The notes: generated by a model from the letters alone, not told the origin. DNA of 11,740 nt from Octopus sinensis (GCF_006345805.1 NW_021826896.1:1-11740); one strand, 5' to 3'. Positions 1 through 9,470 are shown, counted from the stretch's first letter. Translations and numbers: made by a program.

Positions 1-86
1 GGTAGGTGGAAGTTACTGCCGTGTGTGTATATGTGCGTGTAGCTGCTCAGTGCCTCTCCCAAAGAGAGAGAGAGGGATATCTGTTG

Positions 87-294
87 TACTATAGGCACGA
101 GGCCTGAAGGTTTGGCGGGTGGGGGGGGGGAGTTGATAACATCGAATCCAATGTTTCACTGGTACTTCATTTATTGACCCTGAAAGGTTGAAATGCAAAG
201 TTGACCCTGACGAAATTTGAACTCAAAATATAGTGACAGGTGAAACACCGCTAAGTACTTTGTCCGGTGCACTAACAATTCTGCCAGCTCACCT
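87..294 (-). mobile_element. tRNA-derived SINE, family A, near full length
   Basis: Minus strand reads GGTGAGCTGGCAGAATTGTTAG (A-box-like) ... GAGTTCAAAT (B-box-like) ... AAGTACCAGT ... CAGGCCTCGTGCCTATAGTA. It is colinear with the copy at 1802-2004. It resembles octopus tRNA-derived SINEs, but the family name was not verified. Confidence 0.8.
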
Positions 295-295
295 C

Positions 296-374
<79 letters not shown>

Positions 375-398
375 ATATATATATATATCTATATATAG
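296..398. repeat. compound (TG)n(TA)n microsatellite
   Basis: Directly visible between two SINEs. Confidence 0.95.
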
Positions 399-420
399 TA
401 TGTATGTATGGGTATAAATA

Positions 421-580
421 TACGATGGGCTTCGTTAGTTTCCGCCACCAAATTCTACCCACAAGGCTTTGGTTGGCCAGATGCTGTAGTAGAAGACACT
501 TGTCCAAGTTGTCATACAGTGGGACTGAACCCCCGAGTGTGTGGTTGGGAAACAAGCTTCTTACCACACAGCCACACCTG
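421..580 (-). mobile_element. tRNA-derived SINE, family B, 5' half
   Basis: Reverse complement CAGGTGTGGCTGTGTGGTAAGAAGCTTG...GGTTCAGTCCCACTG...GGAAACTAACGAAGCCCATCGTA matches the + strand copies at 7402 and 10143. It ends at the family's internal (TA)n site. Confidence 0.85.
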
Positions 581-1641
581 TATGTGAATGCATGTTGTAT
601 AGTTAGATGGAGGGAGATATATAATATATAAGTACAAATGTATATACATAGATATCAATCCATTCGTTTGTTCCCAGTCGTCTTCCCTCACACACTCCTA
701 AACGATGCAAAGATATTCTCCTAAATGTGGGTTCCATTCCTTCCTCTGCCGAATACATCCATACTCTTGTTGCTTATGCTGATTTAGGGGCACCAGTCTC
801 AGATTTTATTTCAGAAAACCGACCCCCATCCCCTATACATATTCACTCAGTCTCTTGTACTGAAGCACAAACTTTACTTAGACACACGTTTTTGGAAAGG
901 AAACTGTGTAAAAAGAAACATGAAATACTTCTATATAGCTGCTGTTTCTAGCATATGTAAGTGTGTGTTTGTAACTAGTTTTGGTTGTTGTATTAATTTC
1001 ACTGTAATACTTAAATGCAAATTAAAGTTTAATTTAATGAGAAAATTAAATTAATCATGTGTAAAATGCAAACGAATGCCAGAGCTGCTAGATATAGCAG
1101 CCAAATCTACGTTGAAACAACATCATACCGTCTCTTCTAACTCCATACATATTTATATATTAGCTGATGAAAGCTGAAGTGTGCATGATAGCTAGAGGTG
1201 TTTGAAATAGCAGCTAAATGCCCCTCCAATCTACTGTTCTTCTGAAATTAATTGCAGTTTATAAATTGTACACCTATTTGTCACACGACACAAATCCAAT
1301 ACAACAGGTCCATGAAACTGAGACATTTCATATGCTAGAAACAACAGCGAAAGTTTAGTAAAAATATATGCAAAGACGGACACAGAAAACGAGAGAAGGA
1401 TGCAAAAAAAACAAGATCTAAATATATAACGTATCAATGCTTAATGTACAGTAGACCTGCTGCAAGAAATAACAGCCAAATCTCACAGCCATCCATCTAT
1501 CCATTTGTCTGTTACTCTCTTTTCTTCTCAGAATTTGGGATCAGAAATTTTCCTTGTAATCTTCACCCACATCGACATTCAGTCCCAGGGCACCCATGGA
1601 GACTTCCGCTTTCTACCATACACATATGTGATCATTCTTTG

Positions 1642-1732
1642 TCTAAAGAAAACAAGGCCTGGAATTCTAGTAGAGGCAACTAATTGACTCCAACGACCCT
1701 GCGTGTGAACGATTCTGTCACCTCATCGGCTT
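1642..1732 (-). mobile_element. internally deleted family A SINE (head joined to tail)
   Basis: Minus strand head GCCGATGAGGTGACAGAATCGTT is fused directly to tail sequence GGGTCG...TTCCAGGCCTTGT, and the central part is missing. Confidence 0.5.
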
Positions 1733-1801
1733 ATACACACACACACACACACACACATACTATAACAGATCTATCTACCCCTCTCTCTCTAATTCACTTT
1801 T

Positions 1802-2004
1802 TACTATTAGCACAAGGCCTGCAATTACTGTGGGCAGCTAATCAATTACTTCATCCTTAGTATTTGACTGGTACTTAATTTATTGACCCTGGAACGATGA
1901 AATGGATAAATCGACCGAGGCAGAACTTGAACTCACAACATGAAGCTATACAAAATGCGATTAAGCATTTCCTCCAGCATGGCATCGATTCTACCAATTT
2001 CCCC
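1802..2004 (-). mobile_element. tRNA-derived SINE, family A, diverged
   Basis: Shares GCAC(A/G)AGGCCTG, ACTGGTACTT, TTTATTGACCCTG and TTGAACTCA in the same order as 87-294. Confidence 0.75.
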
Positions 2005-2006
2005 AC

Positions 2007-2041
<35 letters not shown>

Positions 2042-2073
2042 ACACACACACCATAGCAACAATAATATATATC

Positions 2074-2470
2074 AATATAGTTGTACTAATACATCTCCTT
2101 CTAGAAATAGCAGTCAAATCTCCTGAAATCACACATCATACTGTGTAATATCTGAGGGGATTATCTGCAATGAAAGTAGGCTCGTTGGAATTACCAATTA
2201 ATTACAGCGTACTCTCTTATGTGTGTCTGGTGAGGCCATGCAGGACCCCTATCTGGTGACTAGACCACTTTCGGTAAATGTCGATTTAACCCGTCCCCTT
2301 AAAATTTCTGGCGTGGATGAGGAACTATAATTCTTTTTGAGGTCTGGGAGTCACTTCTTGTATATCTGTGAATATAGTTGTATCGATATTTTCTCTTGCA
2401 GAAATAGCAGTCAAATCCCTTTAAATCACACATTATACTGTGTAATGCCTGAAGGAAATATTTGCATTGT
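2074..2470 (+). repeat. pair of ~100-bp direct repeats (2074-2172 and 2371-2470)
   Basis: Both copies read AATATAGTTGTA...AGAAATAGCAGTCAAATC..(T/G)AAATCACACAT(C/T)ATACTGTGTAAT...CTGA, about 298 bp apart. Confidence 0.85.
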
Positions 2471-2550
2471 GACTCAGTTTGTTAGAAAGAGAGAGAGAGA
2501 GAGAGAGGATGTGCGAGTGAAAAAGAAGGTGCTATATGGAGGGATCGATG

Positions 2551-2672
2551 GAATAAATACAAGGCTTAACACAAAGATGTACTGGGTTCAATTCTTCGAC
2601 TAGAAATTCTTCAAGGTGTTGCTCCAGCATGGCCACAGTCTAATGTCTGAAACACATTAAAGATAAAAGATA
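2551..2672 (+). mobile_element. 3' tail fragment of family B SINE
   Basis: GAATAAATACAAGGCTT...GCTCCAGCATGGCCACAGTCTAATGTCTGAAAC...AAAGATAAAAGATA matches 10413-10515. Confidence 0.8.
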
Positions 2673-2796
2673 CACACAGACACAGGCATACTTTTATGCA
2701 TTTGTTTTGCCGGATTCTTCATGTGAAGTTGCGTGTTGAAAGAGACATTGTTGTATTTCATGATGGTCGTGTCCTTTCTTTCATTACATAATAAAT

Positions 2797-2816
2797 AGAG
2801 AGAGAGAGAGACAGAC

Positions 2817-2847
<31 letters not shown>

Positions 2848-2870
2848 AACAGATAGATAGATAGATAGAT

Positions 2871-2902
<32 letters not shown>

Positions 2903-2911
2903 CCGTTATAG

Positions 2912-2942
<31 letters not shown>

Positions 2943-2951
2943 TGTGTGTGT
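2797..2951. repeat. compound (AG)n/(AGAT)n/(GT)n microsatellite
   Basis: Directly visible. Confidence 0.95.
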
Positions 2952-3144
2952 AGTTTGTAAAATCTCACAAAGTAAAGTGAGTCAGCACATCAAAGTGGCT
3001 GCTGAAGGTTACTACTAGTTTAACCCAAGGCAGATTCTCCACCAGCGGGTTATCGCTGCTACATTGCACCCTTTATATACAATATCTTGTTAGCAGTGGT
3101 GGGGAGGGGGGTTGTCGTACCTCGGTAAACTTTCAGATTAACAC

Positions 3145-3716
3145 CCGCACGATTTTCACCAAGAAAGAAAAAAACTCGAATTTTGTTTGCATGGAATGAA
3201 GTACCCTGACCTCCAAATATGCTGGAAATCACTTATTATGGTTCAGAAGAAAAGGGTGCCACGACGGGGACGCACTCCCACCCCATTCTCAAATCATTGG
3301 AAATTATTATTGTTGGTTTTTGTTGGATGAATTCCCGTGACCTAATATGCTACAAAACCCTTTTTGGGGGTCCGAAAAATGGAGTGGGGTGAGGCGGAAG
3401 CCTCGGAAATTTCACCCCACCCCAATCCTCAGTGATCTTTTCACCAGCACCATTTTCACTAAGGGAAAAAAAATCACATTTTTTTGCATGGAATCAAGTA
3501 CCGTGACCTCCTAATATGCTGCAAATCCCTTATTTTGGTTTAGGAATAGGGTTCGAGGGGGACCCCCTGTGCCATCCCAGAATCATTGGAAATCTTTTTT
3601 TTTTATTTTGTTGAATGAAATGCTGTGACCCCCTAATATCCCAGAAAACCCTTTTTGGGTCCGCAAAACGGGGTGGGGTGATGTGGAAGCCTTTGAAATT
3701 TTACCCACTCCCAACA
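3145..3716. repeat. two diverged ~290-300-bp tandem units, each made of two related ~140-150-bp subunits; probably the interior of a non-autonomous element
   Basis: ATTTTCAC..AAG..AAAAAAA...TTTGCATGGAAT.AAGTACC.TGACCTCC...AATCATTGGAAAT...AAAACCCTTTTTGGG..TCCG.AAAA.GG.GTGGGGTGA...GGAAGCCT..GAAATTT occurs twice. The sub-motif TGACC..AATAT...AAA(T/C)C occurs four times. Confidence 0.85.
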
Positions 3717-3851
3717 TTTTACAAAAATAAATTTTCCAGAGTGTGAATTACATGGTTCGTTATTAAATATATATATATATATACATATATGTATATATAT
3801 ATATATTTTATAGATATAGGTTTAAAAAATTATTAATTTATAATTAATAAA

Positions 3852-3897
3852 TTTTACCAAGTAGTTTCGGTATAGAAAAGAACCATATTCAGTAAAA
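3852..3897 (-). ncRNA. degenerate hammerhead-like motif
   Basis: Minus strand TTTTA-CTGAATA-T-GGT(TCTTTTCTAT)ACC-GAAA-CTACTTGG-TAAAA has the core order CUGAnnA/stem II/GAAAC closed by TTTTA/TAAAA. G8 is T, and the cleavage triplet is not in canonical register. Confidence 0.35.
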
Positions 3898-4177
3898 ACT
3901 TATACAAGAAGTTCTATATTTAATTATAACAGTAATTAAGGGTTTAGCAACAAGTTGCTTCTCCACATACCGAAAATTTAGAAATAGCAGCCAAAAGACC
4001 GTTATTTCTTCTTCGCTACAAAATATGACTCCACAGATAGCCTTACCTGTAACTCACACAGGTAAAAAGAAGGAAAATAAGGAAATCAAACAGTCTTCGA
4101 TTAAATATATGAATTTTTTGCGTAATGAGATAAAAAAACCAAGGCTGTATAGATATTAGAGCATTTATAGATAGAAG

Positions 4178-4229
4178 GTCTTACAGCTGTTTGTAGGATA
4201 TTAATTAATAATATCCCTTCATCGGAGAC
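4178..4229 (-). ncRNA. minimal type-I hammerhead ribozyme fold with two core substitutions (likely inactive copy)
   Basis: Minus strand GTCT-CCGATGA-A-GGGATATTA(TTAAT)TAATATCCT-A-CAAA-C(AGCT)G-TA-AGAC gives stem I GTCT/AGAC, a 9-bp stem II, palindromic ACAGCTGT stem III and a GUA triplet. It carries U4C and G12C relative to CUGAUGA/GAAA. Confidence 0.7.
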
Positions 4230-4568
4230 GGTGTGAGAGGAAAAATTAAGTCATAGTTTCAATGTGATACAAATAGCGAGTGAGATGGAGGAAAGAAAAT
4301 AGATGTAAGATATGTATGGGTATTGGATTCGTAAATCCGTTTTATAGGCATCAGGGTATATATGTGCAATATTCCAGTATCCTTTGAGTAAAATCCAAAA
4401 GTCCAACAGAGTTTAATATGAGTCCAACCAGATGTAGAGTTTATAAGCAATGTAAGATTCTCTTAAAGTTGGTGATTCCCAGTAGGGAATTTATAGAGGG
4501 TGTAGCAGAGTGCAGCTGGTTTGTGTTTAAACTGACCGAGAAATAGGGAATCTATGGTCAAATTGAAA

Positions 4569-4570
<2 letters not shown>

Positions 4571-4612
<42 letters not shown>

Positions 4613-4731
4613 GTATGTGTTTGTTATGGTAGTTTGACTGTAATAGTTCCTCATAGTGTGAGGTACTTATGTATGGTAATGCCCTGATATATAAACATAT
4701 ATATATGTATGTTGTATGGTTAGAATGATGA

Positions 4732-4781
<50 letters not shown>

Positions 4782-4869
4782 TATTGACAGGGCACGACGG
4801 TTAGGTGGTTGGCCGCATGCTAGAAATAGATCATCAACTATCAAACTACAAAGACATATTAAAATTTTA

Positions 4870-4961
<92 letters not shown>
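4571..4961. repeat. cluster of long (TA)n tracts (4571-4611, ~4737-4778, ~4878-4961)
   Basis: Directly visible. Confidence 0.95.
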
Positions 4962-4962
<1 letters not shown>

Positions 4963-4964
<2 letters not shown>

Positions 4965-5300
4965 TTTCTTATATAAAACCCGTTCTCCTGTTCTGTCTGT
5001 CTGTCTGTGTGTCTTCTAGGATCTCGGGCATCCTCCATCCGATTGCACTCAAATTTGATATGTAGATACTGACGGTATCAGGAGGTGTGTAAGTCTTGAA
5101 AAAATTACAAAAATCGATTCCAGGGGAGAATAGGATTGGCAAAGCCATGGGAACGTGCATTTGTACGTGCAAGTACATTAGCTGTTGCGATCGATACTAC
5201 GCATACGCGAGAAAATTGCACGTGCAGTTTGCGTAAAAAAGCCGGCTGGCTTGAAATAATGCCACAAAATGCAGAATATTTAAGAGACCAAAAAAGTAAG
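4963..5300 (+). mobile_element. 5' part of a non-autonomous Helitron/DINE-1-like element (3' end not identified)
   Basis: Begins TCTTTCTTATATAAAA at the edge of a (TA)n tract, then (CTGT)n, then CCGATTGCACTCAAATTTG. This layout is typical of Helitron-derived non-autonomous elements. No terminal hairpin+CTAG was found. Confidence 0.5.
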
Positions 5301-5797
5301 ATGCAAAAGAGATATTTTCTCCAAACTTGGCATGAAGGAAGGAAAAACTATTTTGTTTCTGAAGAAGTCTTTTCTTTTTTTTTCGCCTTAATTTCGTTTA
5401 ACAAAACCAAAAATTTTATTGAAATAAAGGCATGCTTAATTATTTTTTAATGAAAAGAAAACACAGATTGCTTTTTATTCAAGGAAGAAAATATAATTTT
5501 CTTGTTAATAAATGATTTTCCATGTTTGTGTTCTCCCAGTCTACAGACTTATCATTTCTGGTACTTTAAACTCTTCGGTTGCATATTTGGGTGAATAAAA
5601 TCGTTTTTCTTTGGAATATAAAAAAAGTCTATCTTTATTTCTTCTTTTGCTGGTGTCTCAAATTTAGGTTAAATCAGTGCTTCTCAAAGGGGTGGCCTAT
5701 GGGACTGTCGGACAGGTTGTTTTGAGAAAATTTGGTTTAAATGTTTGACAACTCGGCACCGGCCATTGGACGGGGAGAGGGGGGGGCGTTTTGTTCG

Positions 5798-6141
5798 TAT
5801 ATATGTGTTTTTATACATATATATATGTGTGTGTGTGTGTATATATATATACATATATATATGTATATATATATATGCATACATATATATTCCTGCATAT
5901 ATATACATGTGTATATATATATGCATATATATCTATTCATACATATATATGCATATATATACATGTAATATATATATATATATTCATACATATACTCACA
6001 CACACATATATATATATTCATATATATATGTATGTATATATATATATGTATCTATATATATATGTATGTATGTATATATTCATACATATACTCACACACA
6101 CTCACACACACATATATTTAATATATATTTATATATATATA
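5798..6141. repeat. degenerate (TA)/(CA)/(TG) low-complexity tract
   Basis: Directly visible, and the source of several YI/HT-rich pseudo-ORFs. Confidence 0.95.
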
Positions 6142-6281
6142 ATTTCTGAGGTCATCAATGGAATATTCTTAGGAGTGGTCAAAGATGTTGGGTTCTTGTC
6201 AGAAGATGACCTTTGTGAATCTTTTGATTTGAGGTCATTTTATTCATCTTTCACAGTTGGTATGGTGTGTCCTTATTTACT

Positions 6282-6523
6282 CACACACACACACACACAC
6301 ACACAGACACATATACACACCTCTACACACATGTATACAGACATCCACACACACATACATTTGCACATACACCCACATGCACATAAGTATATGGACAAAT
6401 ATCCACACACATACACACGCATAGATACACATATATGCATACACACATACACATGTGTGTATATATATATATATATATACACACATATGCACAGATATAT
6501 ATAAGCAATCATATGCATACACG

Positions 6524-6580
<57 letters not shown>

Positions 6581-6592
6581 TCATACATATAC
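6282..6592. repeat. degenerate (CA)/(TA) low-complexity tract
   Basis: Directly visible. Confidence 0.95.
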
Positions 6593-7200
6593 AGCCTCTT
6601 ACTCTTTTCCTTTCCACCCTTTTCTTTCTTTTTCACTTTTGTTGTACTTTTTGTTTTCTTTTATTATTGTTTTTATATCATTTTTTATATTAGTTTTTAT
6701 ATTTTTTTATTTTCTATTCATATTCTTATAAGAAAAAAAGATCTTTTGCTCTATAAACAACCTTCTAAACCCCAGAATTTCAGTTTGAAAATGGCTATTG
6801 AAAAGCTGGAAACTCTTTGGAGTAACTGTAAACATTACCATTAAAATAAAAATGATTCCCCCACAAAGCCATCTCTACTCATTTTCTCAAATATATTATT
6901 CTGCACCAAGAACTCCATACACACACACATACATATGTATGATGAGAATCAGATATTCTTCGTGTAGAATATACTTTGTAATGCTCAAGGGGTTTCAACT
7001 GAGCACAGGTGGAGGAGTAAATGTAGGGGCAAGCATTTGGCTTATCCTTAGATTTACTCCTATATATATATATACATGTATAAGTATGTGTCCATGTACT
7101 TGTGTATATCCATGGGAGTGTATATGTGTGTGTGTGTGTGTGTGTGTATATGTATACACACGCACACACTTGTTCATCTAAGTAAAATTGAGACCCTGAA

Positions 7201-7375
7201 GCCATGTAGAAAGCGTCCAGTCCACTCTGTGGTGATTGGCATTAAGAAAGCCATCCAGCTTTAGAAACCATCGCAAAGCCGAGAGTAAAGCTTAGTGCAG
7301 CCCTCTGACATGCCAGCTCATTGAACCATCCAACCCATGCCAGCAGGGAGAACGGAGCTTCAATGATGAGGATGC
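7201..7375 (+). mobile_element. 3' tail of a retroelement (RTE-LINE-like or partner SINE tail)
   Basis: CATCCAGC...GTGCAGCCCTC...TCCAACCCATGCCAGCA..GA.A.C.GA, ending in a degenerate (GAT)n. Homologous to 7757-7895. Confidence 0.7.
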
Positions 7376-7401
7376 TGAGCGTTATATGTACATTATATAT
7401 A

Positions 7402-7533
7402 GGTGCAGGCATGGCTGTGTGGTAAGAAGCTTGCTTCCCAACCACATGGTTGTGGGTTCAGTCCCATTGCATGACCTCAGGCTGTCCAATGCCTTGTGAG
7501 TGGATTTGGTAGACAGAAACTGAAAGAAGCCTG

Positions 7534-7571
<38 letters not shown>

Positions 7572-7748
7572 TGTATGTGTTGTGTCTGTGTTTGTACCCC
7601 ACTACTGCTTGACAACTGATGTTGGTGTGTTTAACCACCCACCCCTGTGACTTAGCGGTGGGGCAAAGGACACTGACAGAATAAACAGGAGGCTTTACAA
7701 AACTGAGTGCTAGCTGTGGTCAAGTGAGAGAAAGAAGTAAAAGATAAG
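7402..7748 (+). mobile_element. tRNA-derived SINE, family B, with expanded internal (TA)n and small deletions
   Basis: A box TGGCTGTGTGG, B box GGTTCAGTCCC, then GAAACTGAAAGAAGCC-(TA)n-TGTCTGTGTTTGT...GCTTGACAACTG...AAGTAAAAGATAA. Colinear with 10143-10515. Confidence 0.9.
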
Positions 7749-7756
7749 AGAAAAGG

Positions 7757-7895
7757 TAGGAAGGGCATCCAGCCATAGCAACCCTGCCTAATCAGATTGG
7801 AACCTGGTGCAGCCCTCCTGTTTACCAGTTTCAGTCAAGTTGTCCAACCCATGCCAGCATGGAAAGCAGACACTACATGATGATGATGATGATGA
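7757..7895 (+). mobile_element. 3' tail of a retroelement ending in (GAT)n
   Basis: AGGAAGGGCATCCAGCC...TCCAACCCATGCCAGCATGGAAAGCAGAAC-like tail followed by a (GAT)n tract. Second copy of the 7201-7375 family. Confidence 0.75.
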
Positions 7896-8889
7896 TATAT
7901 ATATACTTGGGAATGGTCGTATTTTGCCAATTTGTTTTTCGGTTGAGCTTATTAATATTTTAAGAGGAGACACATGGGATGGAGAGTGACTGAAGAGGTC
8001 ACAGGATGTGTGAGGAAAGAGCTGAGATGGAAAATAATAAGAATGAAGGGAAGAGTGCATTTGGTTAATTGGCAAACATATGACCATCCCCAAGGATAAC
8101 AATGTCTGTTTCAACACACAATTTCACATCAGGAATCTTGTGAAACAATCAAATAAATGTGTGTGTGTGGATAGCTTTGTTAGATATTGTAGAATTCATG
8201 TTGACTGCAACTTCGTTTCATCAACCAGTCACTGTTCTGTTGTCATTCTTTATCTTGCTTAAAAATAATGACTTCATGTTAATTACACACACACACACAC
8301 ACACACAGGTGTTTGCTAAGCTTGTTACAATGCAGAAAATGTATTTCTTAAAAGGTTATTGAGAGAGAGAGAGAGAAATCTCTGGCTTCTCATCTCTTGT
8401 ATTGCATTGTAAAGATCTTCCAGAAGCAAACCATTCCTTATGCTGCATTGCTTCGGCCCAAAACCTGCGCTCTGTCATATATGCATGCACAAGTGCCTTT
8501 TCTAATCTGTGTTTCTATGTTCATGCTTGCCTCTGCTTCTACGCGCATTAGATGCTGTCGATAGGCTGAGAGGGACTGACGTTCCTTCCAGGAGATAGAT
8601 TTTACTTCACTTCGCTTCATCACGCCTTTCCTCAATTTTTCTGCTGAAATTGGTATTGTTGTTGAGAGATGCACAAGGTCACCTTGGAATGTTACTGTCC
8701 TATGTCTGCTTTCCTATCCAAGGCATGTGTGTGGTGTGTGCTCTCTCTCTCTCTCTCTACTTTTTATTCTTCACTATTCTACAGACAAAGGACACACGGA
8801 CACGGACACACACACATATATATCTCCTCACTTTAGCTCTACAATACGACTGTAAGGTGTGTGATGACATTAATGGCCAGGTACCAGCT

Positions 8890-9258
<369 letters not shown>

Positions 9259-9309
9259 TAAATTTGAAGTCTGATCTCCTTGTTTGGATGTGTGTGAATG
9301 AGGGGGAAT

Positions 9310-9470
9310 GATTTTGTGGTTAAGAAGCTCGCTCTGCTGCAAACTACGTGCTTCTGGGTTCAATCCCATTAACTGGCATCTTGGGGAAGCGTTGTGCAAC
9401 ATTGGTGGTGAGCTTGTCAGAGAAATTGGACACAATTCTCTGGAAACTGTGGAGAAGCCCGTTGGAAGAA
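9310..9470 (+). mobile_element. old, diverged SINE related to family B
   Basis: GTGGTTAAGAAGCTCGCT...GGGTTCAATCCCA (B box)...GGCATCTTGGGGAAG...GGAAACTGTGGAGAAGCCCGT parallels family B head and body motifs. Confidence 0.55.

Larger units (their letters stand above)
3812..4570 (-). mobile_element. non-coding Penelope-like pseudo-LTR / retrozyme-like element (boundaries approximate, may extend to ~4870)
   Basis: A block between (TA)n tracts carrying a minimal type-I hammerhead with palindromic stem III, a known hallmark of Penelope-like pLTRs. No RT or GIY-YIG ORF was seen. Confidence 0.55.

Noticed and set aside
1160-1217. Perfect CTGATGA (1164-1170) with downstream GAAA as a third hammerhead
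   Set aside because: I could not build a consistent stem III with an NUH triplet adjoining stem I. It may be a remnant, but it is unsupported.
4819-4829. GCTAGAAATAG matches part of the engineered Cas9 sgRNA scaffold, and the recurring motif superficially suggests a CRISPR array
   Set aside because: A short coincidental match with no flanking scaffold. The copies are irregularly spaced, diverged and on both strands in eukaryotic DNA with no cas genes.
6175-6256. Peptide VVKDVGFLSEDDLCESFD as the next S6K exon (SEEDVSQFD-like)
   Set aside because: It lies upstream of the 9169 exon (wrong order), lacks FTxxxPxDSP and has no suitable acceptor.
5791-6504. 237-aa ORF and the many other YI/HT/CV-rich ORFs
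   Set aside because: They are translations of (TA)n/(CA)n/(TG)n tracts, which lack stop codons. No domain content.
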